NCBI GenBank assembly: GCA_020725805.1
Contig: DYEF01000046.1
Location: 36,573-100,572 of the forward strand
Source: Bdellovibrio sp.
GTDB lineage: Bacteria; Myxococcota; SpSt-1050
Direction of reading: 5' to 3'
Length of the DNA stretch: 64,000 nucleotides
Part shown: positions 37,031-45,536 of the stretch, in pieces
Position numbering within the stretch: the stretch's first letter is position 1
How the letters are laid out: every line of letters begins with the position of its first letter
The notes under the pieces: model-generated
What the model saw: the letters and a program-made list of their open reading frames with translations, nothing else
Told to the model about the DNA's origin: nothing
Databases searched by the model: none
Position numbers and translations under genes: made by a program

Positions 37031-38533
37031 ATGGAGACAGAAAGAGTGTATGATGTGATCGTTGTAGGCGGAGGTATCGGAGGACTTTCTGCGGGCGCAA
37101 TACTGTCGAAGAAGGGATATTCGGTGCTCCTGCTTGAAAAGAATAGTCTGCCGGGAGGGAACTGTAATTATTTCGAATATTCCGGTATCAGGTTCGAGTT
37201 TGCTGTCCACCAGATAACAACCATTGGTTCAGATACGGGCATGGGCTGGTTTTTGAGAGAACTGGGAATCAGGACTGAGTTTATCAGAATAAACGACCTG
37301 CTCGACATATATTATCCGGAGAGAAGTTTCAGGATTTCGGGTAGTTTCGATAGTTACCTCGATGCCCTGAACCGGTTCAGAAGCTGTAAGCAGAACAGGG
37401 AGTATATCGCATTCCTGAGGGATGTAAGTTGTCTGGTAGAACACTATGACTGGCTTTTCAGTGGTAAAATATTAAGTCCGCCGGAGATGAATCTTCCGTT
37501 TTGTGTGAGAGGTCCGTTCTCTCTCTTCAGGTTTCTTAAGAGTGCAGATATGACCTCGGAGCAGTTTATGAAGAGATTTTTTCCGGCGATAGCGGATAAC
37601 GAAATGGCTTATTTTCTTGCCCCGTATATAGGTCTGCCGCCCGACAGAAGTGCGGCTATTATGAATATCTGTGCAAACTCCTCTTATCTCTCAAAGGGTT
37701 CGTATTATCCTGCCGGAGGAAGCAGGGCTCTTTCGGAGGCGTTTTGTGATGTTATAAAAAATAATGGCGGGAGTGTTTTATTGAACAGCGAGGTAACTGA
37801 GGTCAGAAAGAGAGAAGGTAAATTCAGGGTATCAACCCGGGGTGGCGGTATTTACAGCTCAAGGGCTCTCGTTCTCAACGCCCCCGTGAAGTATGCTCTT
37901 GATAGAATTATCGCCGGAGGTGAAGAGCCTGACGAATACAAAAGGAAGATAGAAAAACTCGCTTGCTCTCTTTCTCCTCTGAGAATCTTCTGCATTTACG
38001 AGGGAGATACATCTGTCTTTGATAAGATGGGTTATGAGAGTTTTATGTATGAGTCTTCTTCTCTCAGGCAGTATTTTGCAGATATTATGGATGGCAAATA
38101 TTCCGGATTTTCGGTTCTTCTGCCGTTTAAGATAGACCCTGAAAACCGGCAGGGCAACAGGGTTCCTGTTATTATAACAACCCTTACCAAATACCTTACG
38201 GATGAGGAGTTCGAGGTGCGGAAGGAATCTGTTCTTGACAGGATTTTCGGAATACTCGATAAATATGCAAAGGGCATTTCGTCCGGGATTCAGATTGCAT
38301 CGATACTGACCCCGGAGGGCCTGAAAAAAAGGACAAATGTGGACAGCGGGGCTATGTATGGATGGGAATGTTCACCCGGACAGGCTCTTTTCAACCGCTT
38401 GAAGCAGGAGACGAATATCGAAGGAATGTTCTTGAGCGGCCACTGGACGAGACCTGTAAACGGAATATCCGGAGTGATCAGGTCCGGAACCGCCTGTGCA
38501 AAACTGGTGAGCAGGTATCTGAAAAGGCATTAA
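37031..38533 (+). CDS. FAD/NAD(P)-dependent oxidoreductase, phytoene desaturase (CrtI)-like family
   Basis: ATG at 37031, 1 nt after the stop of paralog M (the track start at 37016 is a TTG). Dinucleotide-binding motif YDVIVVGGGIGGLSAGAILSKKGYSVLLLEKNSLPGG. About 500 aa, with a C-terminal GHWTRPVNGISGV typical of CrtI/amine-oxidase-fold enzymes. Confidence 0.75.
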   Translation: METERVYDVIVVGGGIGGLSAGAILSKKGYSVLLLEKNSLPGGNCNYFEYSGIRFEFAVHQITTIGSDTGMGWFLRELGIRTEFIRINDLLDIYYPERSFRISGSFDSYLDALNRFRSCKQNREYIAFLRDVSCLVEHYDWLFSGKILSPPEMNLPFCVRGPFSLFRFLKSADMTSEQFMKRFFPAIADNEMAYFLAPYIGLPPDRSAAIMNICANSSYLSKGSYYPAGGSRALSEAFCDVIKNNGGSVLLNSEVTEVRKREGKFRVSTRGGGIYSSRALVLNAPVKYALDRIIAGGEEPDEYKRKIEKLACSLSPLRIFCIYEGDTSVFDKMGYESFMYESSSLRQYFADIMDGKYSGFSVLLPFKIDPENRQGNRVPVIITTLTKYLTDEEFEVRKESVLDRIFGILDKYAKGISSGIQIASILTPEGLKKRTNVDSGAMYGWECSPGQALFNRLKQETNIEGMFLSGHWTRPVNGISGVIRSGTACAKLVSRYLKRH

Positions 38534-38565
38534 TCCGGGGAACCGGGAAGTAACCAGAATATTAT

Positions 38566-38593
38566 TTGACAATTGCTTATTATAAATTATAAT
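38566..38593 (+). promoter_or_regulatory. Consensus sigma70-like promoter (TTGACA-16 nt-TATAAT) upstream of the Cys-rich lipoprotein/GT module
   Basis: TTGACA at 38566-38571 and TATAAT at 38588-38593. AAGGAGG at 38601-38607 and ATG at 38613 follow. Confidence 0.5.
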
Positions 38594-38612
38594 TTTGTGC
38601 AAGGAGGTATTT

Positions 38613-39377
38613 ATGAAGAGAAATAGTACAAATATTATTCTGGTTATTATTGCAATTATATCGGTATTAGGCCTGCTTAAGTGCAGTTCTTCCTCGGATG
38701 GCGACGGAGACGGTACAACAGACACACAGGTCGACCCTGTTTCAAAGGTCTGTTCAAATATTCCGAAATGTTTCGGAGGTTCATATCCGGCATTTTTCGG
38801 CAAATCCAAAAAGGAGTGTATGACGAAGGTCGGTGAGAATCTGAGCGATGACGAGGTTGACACGTTGATCGAGGCCGGAACAAAATGCGACGAGATTACT
38901 CCGGTTATCAAGGCGTACGAAGGAAAGAAGACCTGTGAGATACTCAAGGGATGTATGGGAGATGCCGAATTTGCGAATCTGTTCGGGACAATAGACGGTT
39001 GCGTATCATACGGAAACAATAAAGGAATCAAGGAAGAAGATTTTAAGTGTGTGGACCAGAACAGTTCGAACTGTGAAGTTATTGCCAACTACTGCCTCGC
39101 CAAGTATAATCCTGACGCAGGTGTTGAAGATGCCGGCGAGGATGCAGGTGAGGACGCCGGAGAGGAGAAGGCCTGTGTTACAGATACAAAAAGCTATTAC
39201 TGTGTTGATGTGTGTGATAAATTCTATACCTGTACCGGACAGTATTGCCCGCAGGGAGGCTGTACCAAGGAGAGTTGTATACACGGCTGCAATACAGAGT
39301 CGGTCTTTACGGTCGAACTGATGTGTTGCATAATGGAAAAGTCCTGCAGCGAGATCAACACCTGTCTTCCCAAGTAA
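38613..39377 (+). CDS. Cys-rich secreted lipoprotein (type 2)
   Basis: ATG at 38613 after AAGGAGG (the track start at 38595 is a TTG). Signal peptide plus lipobox LGLLKC. Acidic DAGEDAGEDAGE linker. The C-terminal Cys pattern parallels the 28212-28835 product. Confidence 0.65.
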   Translation: MKRNSTNIILVIIAIISVLGLLKCSSSSDGDGDGTTDTQVDPVSKVCSNIPKCFGGSYPAFFGKSKKECMTKVGENLSDDEVDTLIEAGTKCDEITPVIKAYEGKKTCEILKGCMGDAEFANLFGTIDGCVSYGNNKGIKEEDFKCVDQNSSNCEVIANYCLAKYNPDAGVEDAGEDAGEDAGEEKACVTDTKSYYCVDVCDKFYTCTGQYCPQGGCTKESCIHGCNTESVFTVELMCCIMEKSCSEINTCLPK

Positions 39378-39392
39378 AGACACTGATGGTAA

Positions 39393-41879
39393 ATGAAAAT
39401 ATCTCTTGTCATCCCCTGTTTTAATGAAGCGGATATCATATCCAGTGTTATCGGAGATTTAGAAAATTCGCTGAAGAAATACGGTTTTGAGGAGACTGAG
39501 ATTATCTTTGTTGATGACGGGAGTAAGGATAATACGGCTGATATTATCCGCTCTTCTTCGGTCCCGAATCTCAGACTAATTCCGACCGGGCATCTGGGAC
39601 TTTCCCACGCCCTTTTTACAGGCATAAAGGAGGCGACGGGAGATATTATCGTAACTATCGATGCAGACGGACAGTTCTCATTTGATGATGTCCCGCGTTT
39701 TATAGAGACACTTATAAAAAACGACGCCGATATTGTCACAGGTTACAGAATAAAAAGAAACGATAATCCAGTCAGGGTAATAAGCTCGAAGTTTGCGAAT
39801 TTTGTCAAGAGGGTGATTCTTAAAGACGATATCTATGATTCTACCTGCACGCTTAAGGCATTCAGAAGAGAGGTCAGGGAGAGGATTCTGTACGGATTCG
39901 ACGGATTTCACAGGTTCATTCCGTCTTTTGCCCTGATGAATAACCTGAAACTCATTCAGATTCCTGTTGAACACAGGGACAGGCGCGGAGGTAAGGCAAA
40001 GTTCGGAATTATTAACCGTCTTCCGGATGTGATACCCGATGTTCTGGGAGTAAGATGGCTGCAATACAAACGTTTTTCGACTGATGCAGACGAGAGGAGA
40101 TACTCCTTCTATCCAGACCTGCTCTTTCTTCTGCTCTTTCTTTATGTCGCATCAGGATTGTTTGGCGGATACTTCAGGGTTGTGGACGATTTCTGGCTTT
40201 ACGGCTCTCTCAACCGCTTCATCGGGTATGATTACTCAAAGAGTTACGGATGGGAGAACTTCGTCTTCAACGAGATTGTTCCTCCCTTAATCAGGCTCTT
40301 CTATGCAGTCGTTATGAACCTTGGCAGACTGCTCGGAGTAAAATATCCCCTTGAGTGGGCAAATAAGGTTATCGGTATTTCAGTTACATTTTCGTCGTAC
40401 TTTCTCTTTGGCAGATTCTTTAATCTCTTTTTCAGAAGAAATTACGCAAAGTGGATTTCCCTGCTTATTGTATTCTGGGGTATTTCGTCTTCGGAAATCT
40501 ACTCGGGGCTTGCAAGGTCATTCTCCTATATACTCATTCCGTTCCTGCTTATATTCTCACGGAATTTGTCAGTAATAGGACTTTCTGTAATTTCCTTTCT
40601 GACGGCCCTTATCTATCCCGTGCTACTCCCTCTCTTTTTCCTGACGATTCTCCTGACGTATCTGTTCGGCAATATAAAAAGCATTTATAAATCGGCAGTT
40701 CCTGTAATATCCGGACTGGCAGGGCTTTTGCCTATGGTATACAAAATAAATCTGATGTCTTTTAGTCCGGCAACAGAGGGAGACACCTTTCTGGGCAAGA
40801 ATAATATCTTCAATCTGCATATTTCATCTGATTTCGGTCTTCTCTTCGGATTTACAAAGGACATAGGTTTTATAGAGTGGATAAATTTCAATTTTCTCCA
40901 CCAGTGGATACTTAATGATGAACTGACTGCTATTATAAGATTATCACTGATTGTTTTTCTTTTGTCTGGAATTTTCAGAAGGCTAAGCGGCAACAGTAAG
41001 AGCCATGTGGATATTTTCGTTTTTCTGTTTACTGTTCTCTTTTTTCTGCTCGCACTCCACAGGAGGGAATATGTCGATTTATCGTACCTTTTCAAGTGGG
41101 GTCTGCTCTTGTCGGCCGTTTATACCGTTGCAGGTATTGTAAAAACTGATGATTTGAGAAGATATAAGACAGTATTCGTTTTTGCTCTCTCGTCGCTGGT
41201 GGCCTTCTTTATAACACATGTCCTGTCAAGAAAGTTTGGTTTCGGGGTTCACGAGCCCGGAAGACAGCTCCAGAGGGCTTTTGCAGTAATCTTTCCCTTT
41301 GCAGCATCGGTCTTTTATTTCAATGTGTATAAGAGTACGGGCGGATACAAAAGAGCGCTTGTTATTGTGCTTATATGTCTGACAGGAATCCTCTTCTTCC
41401 CGAAGCTGAAACTTGTCTCGCCCAATGACAAATATGTAATCGAGAGGTTACAGGGACTTCCGAAGGGTAGTCTTGTCCTTTCTCACCCTCTTACTGCCAA
41501 CTGGGTGGTCAGTCATACAGACAAGTATTCAACGATTATTGACGAGCAGATTCGTGCCACGAAGAAAAATCCTATAAGAGGGTCTGAGGAGAGGATTATG
41601 CCGACAGAGATGACGGCAATCGTTCTAGAAATCTATTACGGAAAGAATCTCGAGAAGGTCTATGACTGGTGCAGCAGTAATCAGAACGGCTATATTCTGG
41701 TTGAGGAATACTATTATTCTGACCAGTTTTTTAATACAAGAAGGGAACCGTATATAAGTTTTGTCGAGAGACAGAATCCTGAAAGGAGTTTTCCTCTTTT
41801 GGGTATTCCGCTGAGTCTCAGGCATCCGGTAACTCCCGAAACATTTCTTCTTTCCTGTAAAGAGTTGACCATCAGATGA
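39393..41879 (+). CDS. Fusion protein: polyprenyl-phosphate GT2 (DPM1/ArnC-like) N-terminal domain plus ~550-aa polytopic membrane domain
   Basis: KISLVIPCFNEA, IIFVDDGSKDNT, VTIDADGQF motifs in the first ~230 aa, followed by many TM segments and a soluble C-terminal ~150 aa. Confidence 0.75.
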   Translation: MKISLVIPCFNEADIISSVIGDLENSLKKYGFEETEIIFVDDGSKDNTADIIRSSSVPNLRLIPTGHLGLSHALFTGIKEATGDIIVTIDADGQFSFDDVPRFIETLIKNDADIVTGYRIKRNDNPVRVISSKFANFVKRVILKDDIYDSTCTLKAFRREVRERILYGFDGFHRFIPSFALMNNLKLIQIPVEHRDRRGGKAKFGIINRLPDVIPDVLGVRWLQYKRFSTDADERRYSFYPDLLFLLLFLYVASGLFGGYFRVVDDFWLYGSLNRFIGYDYSKSYGWENFVFNEIVPPLIRLFYAVVMNLGRLLGVKYPLEWANKVIGISVTFSSYFLFGRFFNLFFRRNYAKWISLLIVFWGISSSEIYSGLARSFSYILIPFLLIFSRNLSVIGLSVISFLTALIYPVLLPLFFLTILLTYLFGNIKSIYKSAVPVISGLAGLLPMVYKINLMSFSPATEGDTFLGKNNIFNLHISSDFGLLFGFTKDIGFIEWINFNFLHQWILNDELTAIIRLSLIVFLLSGIFRRLSGNSKSHVDIFVFLFTVLFFLLALHRREYVDLSYLFKWGLLLSAVYTVAGIVKTDDLRRYKTVFVFALSSLVAFFITHVLSRKFGFGVHEPGRQLQRAFAVIFPFAASVFYFNVYKSTGGYKRALVIVLICLTGILFFPKLKLVSPNDKYVIERLQGLPKGSLVLSHPLTANWVVSHTDKYSTIIDEQIRATKKNPIRGSEERIMPTEMTAIVLEIYYGKNLEKVYDWCSSNQNGYILVEEYYYSDQFFNTRREPYISFVERQNPERSFPLLGIPLSLRHPVTPETFLLSCKELTIR

Positions 41880-43213
41880 TTGACAGAAACGATATCTTCC
41901 CGCTGATAATTATTCTGGCTATTTCTGTAATCCTCTTTGCTCTCTTTCTGCACAAGAGACCGTTTACGGACGAAGGTTCTTTCTGCACCATTGCACAGGC
42001 AGTATCAAAGGGAGCAGTGTTGTACAAAGATATTTATAATGAAAAGGCCCCGCTTCCTTATCTGATTGCATCGGTTTTTGTTGGCCTCGGAGAGAATCCG
42101 CTGATCGTGTTACGGGTCGTAGCCTTTGTGTTCTTTCTCGCTTCTGTCTTTTTGCTATATCTGCTCGGAAAGATAAATCTCTTGCAGCCTCTCGAAAATA
42201 CTGTGGTGTCATGCTTTTATATTATTACAGCGCCGCTCTTTCAGTCGTTTAATTTCACATCCGAGATTCTTGCGCTCCCTTTAATTCTTTTTATTGTATG
42301 GCAGGTAAAGAGGGACGATGACGGCAGGATAAATATTCTGACCGGATTCTTTACCGGTATGCTCATATTCATCAAGCAGCCTTTTATCTTTTTTATCCTT
42401 CTTACTCTTCTCTTTGCCCTTCTATCGAAGAATATGAGGAAGAATTTTCTTGCCGGTCTGATATTGTCGCTGCTGTTTCTCGTTCTTTTGCTGAAATATA
42501 AAGGAATATTAGGACCGTTTATTGAAAACACCATATTTACCCTCAAGAGATACGACATAAAATCATATATGAGACTCCCGTATCCGAATGAGTATTATCA
42601 GTTTGCCCTGCTGGGATTTGTGTTTCTGGCATCGGTGTATTCGTTTGTAAGAAGGTCGACCGGTCTTTATGAGTTTTTGGCAGTATTAAGCCTGCTCATA
42701 ATGGGAATTGTGAGAATGGATGCCTTCAAGATGCTCCCGTTCTTTGCGGTTATGTTTTATGTAATTCTGAGAAAAGAGATAGCCGGCAGTATTAAAAATA
42801 CAACATTCGTTATGGTAATGCTGTCCCTGATGTCGTTATGGCATTACAGGGAGATTCTCGAGCAGCGCTTCGACCAGATTAAGGCCATCAGTTATACGAT
42901 AGAGGCAAAGACCGGTCCTCAGGAGAGTATCTGGGTAGGTCCGCACGAGGCCAATATATACTGCCTTTCGAAGAGGAGACCTTCTTCGAAATACTTCTTC
43001 CTTCTGCCGTGGATAAACAAGCCTGAGGTTCTGCTGACCCTTGGAGAGGACCTGACAAGAAGAGACCCTCCTGCGTGTATCGTGGATGTCTCTGCCTTCA
43101 ATAAAGCCACAGAATATCATCTGAGCAGTATGCTTCCGGAGCTCGGTATAATAGTAAAGGATTACATGGAGGTTCACGAGATAAGCGGGGCGATTATTTA
43201 TTGTAAAAAATAA
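41876..43213 (+). CDS. GT-C fold membrane glycosyltransferase (ArnT/PMT-like)
   Basis: 445 aa, polytopic. The first loop, KRPFTDEGSFCTIAQAV...YNEKAPLPYL, is typical of the ArnT/PMT family. ATGA overlap with the upstream GT2 fusion. Confidence 0.6.
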   Translation: MIDRNDIFPLIIILAISVILFALFLHKRPFTDEGSFCTIAQAVSKGAVLYKDIYNEKAPLPYLIASVFVGLGENPLIVLRVVAFVFFLASVFLLYLLGKINLLQPLENTVVSCFYIITAPLFQSFNFTSEILALPLILFIVWQVKRDDDGRINILTGFFTGMLIFIKQPFIFFILLTLLFALLSKNMRKNFLAGLILSLLFLVLLLKYKGILGPFIENTIFTLKRYDIKSYMRLPYPNEYYQFALLGFVFLASVYSFVRRSTGLYEFLAVLSLLIMGIVRMDAFKMLPFFAVMFYVILRKEIAGSIKNTTFVMVMLSLMSLWHYREILEQRFDQIKAISYTIEAKTGPQESIWVGPHEANIYCLSKRRPSSKYFFLLPWINKPEVLLTLGEDLTRRDPPACIVDVSAFNKATEYHLSSMLPELGIIVKDYMEVHEISGAIIYCKK

Positions 43214-43225
43214 CGGAGTATTGAT

Positions 43226-43504
43226 ATGGAACTGAAAAACCTTGATTTCTGGCTTGTCTTCGGATTTCTGGGACAGGCATTTTTCTTTATGAGATTCTTT
43301 GTTCAGTGGATTGTGAGTGAAATAAAAAAGAAGAGCACTATACCTAATGCATTCTGGTTTCTGAGTCTTCTCGGAGGAATAACTCTATTGATATACGCTA
43401 TTCACAGACAGGACCCTGTATTTATTATCGGTCAGGCGGGCGGACTTATTATCTATTTCAGAAATATTATGCTGCTCAAAAGAGAGGCAAAACCGGCAAA
43501 ATGA
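43226..43504 (+). CDS. Lipid-A-disaccharide-synthase N-terminal (LAB_N) domain small membrane protein
   Basis: 92 aa, 3 TM. WLVFGFLGQAFFFMRFFVQW ... WFLSLLGGITLLIYAIHRQDPVFIIGQ matches the LAB_N domain pattern as I recall it. Confidence 0.6.
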   Translation: MELKNLDFWLVFGFLGQAFFFMRFFVQWIVSEIKKKSTIPNAFWFLSLLGGITLLIYAIHRQDPVFIIGQAGGLIIYFRNIMLLKREAKPAK

Positions 43505-44943
43505 ATTTTCTCTTTATACAGGATACGATAGACTCCGAATCCATAGGCCTTGCATATATTTCGGCAGTTCTCAAAAAGGCAGGACACCGCACAGAGTTGT
43601 TCATTGCATCCCTTGAAGACAGACTCTTTGAGAAGATCCGTGATTTTTCACCGGACGCGGTTCTCTTTTCGGTTATTATAACGAAACAGGATTACTATGA
43701 CAAACTGGGCAGGGAACTGAAGAGACGTTTTCCCGGCATAAGAATAATAGCAGGCGGGCCTTATGTTACACTCAAGACGTCTTTTGCGGAAAACGATTGG
43801 ATGGATTTCGGAGTAATCGGTGAGGGAGAGGAGGCCACCGTCGAACTGGCTCAGGCTCTTGAAAAAGGACTTGATATCAGAGGCATTAGGAACATTATAT
43901 ACAGGGAAGATGGCAGAACCGTTGTCAACGAACTGCGTGAACTGAACGAAGATCTGGATGCTCTTCCGCTTCCTGACAGGTCCCTCTATCTGAAATATAA
44001 CTCATTCAGAAATCTGACTGTCAAACGTTTCATCAGCGGCAGGGGGTGTCCTTATTCCTGTACCTTCTGTTTTACGAGAAAACTCAGGGATATGTACAGC
44101 GGAAGGGGAAGGTATATCCGCAAGCATTCAGTCGAAAGGGTGTGTGAAGAGATTAATCTTATGAGAAGGGAATCAGTTGTAAAGACAGTCCATTTCTCTG
44201 ATGATATATTCCTGACAGACTCGAAATGGCTGACGGAGTTTTACAATGTATATCCCGGAAAGGCCGGAGTACCGTTTCAGTGCAATCTGACAGCCAATAT
44301 TATCAGCGAGGAGACGATAAGGCTTCTTAGCGAGTGCGGACTGAGGGGTGTCGGAATCGGGCTCGAATCCGGAGTCGAGAGAATCAGAAACAGTGTTTTG
44401 GGGAAGAGATTCTCGAACGAAGAAATAATCAGGGTTTCGGAAATTCTTCATAAATACAATGTCGAAATCTATACCTACAATATGATAGCGCTTCCCGGTG
44501 AAAAGATAGATGATGCAATCGAAACGCTGAATCTGAATATCAGGATGGGCGTTAAGATTACGCAGTGTAATATCGCAATTCCCTTTGAGGGTCTGCCCCT
44601 TACGGATATGGCCGTTGAACAGTCTTTGCTGAGCGATAATTCTGTTGTGTCGCAGATGAAGAGGAGGCCCGAATCACCGATCATAAAGGTCGAAAACCCC
44701 GAACAGTATGAGCGGCTGTTTTTACTCTTTCCCTTCCTCGCAAGGATAAGGGCAGGTAATAAATTGATAAAGACACTTGTCAGACTCCCGCTGAATTTTG
44801 TTTACAGATTGCTTCACAGGATTAGTTATTTTTTGAATATGAAGAAGTATTATGATATCTCTCTCTTTTCGGGACTGAGGATTTTTCTGGATATCAGGAA
44901 AGGGGAGCGGTATCTCAGGAAAGTGTTTAGGCAATGGCTCTGA
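43501..44943 (+). CDS. B12-binding-domain radical SAM protein (paralog N)
   Basis: IAGGPYVT, VIGEGEEATVEL, ISGRGCPYSCTFCFT. ATGA overlap with the LAB_N gene. Confidence 0.9.
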   Translation: MNFLFIQDTIDSESIGLAYISAVLKKAGHRTELFIASLEDRLFEKIRDFSPDAVLFSVIITKQDYYDKLGRELKRRFPGIRIIAGGPYVTLKTSFAENDWMDFGVIGEGEEATVELAQALEKGLDIRGIRNIIYREDGRTVVNELRELNEDLDALPLPDRSLYLKYNSFRNLTVKRFISGRGCPYSCTFCFTRKLRDMYSGRGRYIRKHSVERVCEEINLMRRESVVKTVHFSDDIFLTDSKWLTEFYNVYPGKAGVPFQCNLTANIISEETIRLLSECGLRGVGIGLESGVERIRNSVLGKRFSNEEIIRVSEILHKYNVEIYTYNMIALPGEKIDDAIETLNLNIRMGVKITQCNIAIPFEGLPLTDMAVEQSLLSDNSVVSQMKRRPESPIIKVENPEQYERLFLLFPFLARIRAGNKLIKTLVRLPLNFVYRLLHRISYFLNMKKYYDISLFSGLRIFLDIRKGERYLRKVFRQWL

Positions 44944-45536
44944 CGTTGTTTCTCTTTTTTTATTTTGCTGTAAATCAGCAGAATTTTCCTCTCGGATGTA
45001 TCGAGGACGAAAACAGGATTCGCCCCGACTATCCGTTTTTTACTATACCTGCCGGCAGGAAGGTTGAGACGGAAGAGGTCTGCAACTATATCCCTTCGCT
45101 TCAGAGTGATTTTATAGAAAAAATCAGGCCCCTCAATAATGCAGGGATTTTCAAAAAAGACGGTGCCGTTTCAGTGAAGAAGGGAAAGACAAAGGTCAGA
45201 AAATTCTATACAACGGAAAACCTGAGTCTCTATCCCGGCATTATTCTCGGTGATAACGAAATAAACGATAGTAACAGTCTCGTTCTTTATCTGAAGGCAA
45301 AGAGCGGTAACGGACTCTTTCTGCTCGTTCTGAGAAGTAATGACAGAATCTTCGCAAGGCAGATTATCATTGAAAAGAATACAAACTGCCCCTTGAAGGT
45401 GATTTTACCAATCGGTGATTTTTTCGAGATACCATATAAAAAAGGTGATTTTCCCCGGGATAGTTATCAGATGGAATTGTATATGCTGAATTATAATCCG
45501 GTGGAATGGATTCTTTTGGGGTTTGAGGTGAAATGA
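44934..45536 (+). CDS. Hypothetical exported protein (possible lipoprotein)
   Basis: Hydrophobic N-terminus MALTLFLFFYFAV followed by FPLGC (lipobox-like). Mostly beta-type sequence. No recognisable catalytic motif. Confidence 0.45.
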   Translation: MALTLFLFFYFAVNQQNFPLGCIEDENRIRPDYPFFTIPAGRKVETEEVCNYIPSLQSDFIEKIRPLNNAGIFKKDGAVSVKKGKTKVRKFYTTENLSLYPGIILGDNEINDSNSLVLYLKAKSGNGLFLLVLRSNDRIFARQIIIEKNTNCPLKVILPIGDFFEIPYKKGDFPRDSYQMELYMLNYNPVEWILLGFEVK

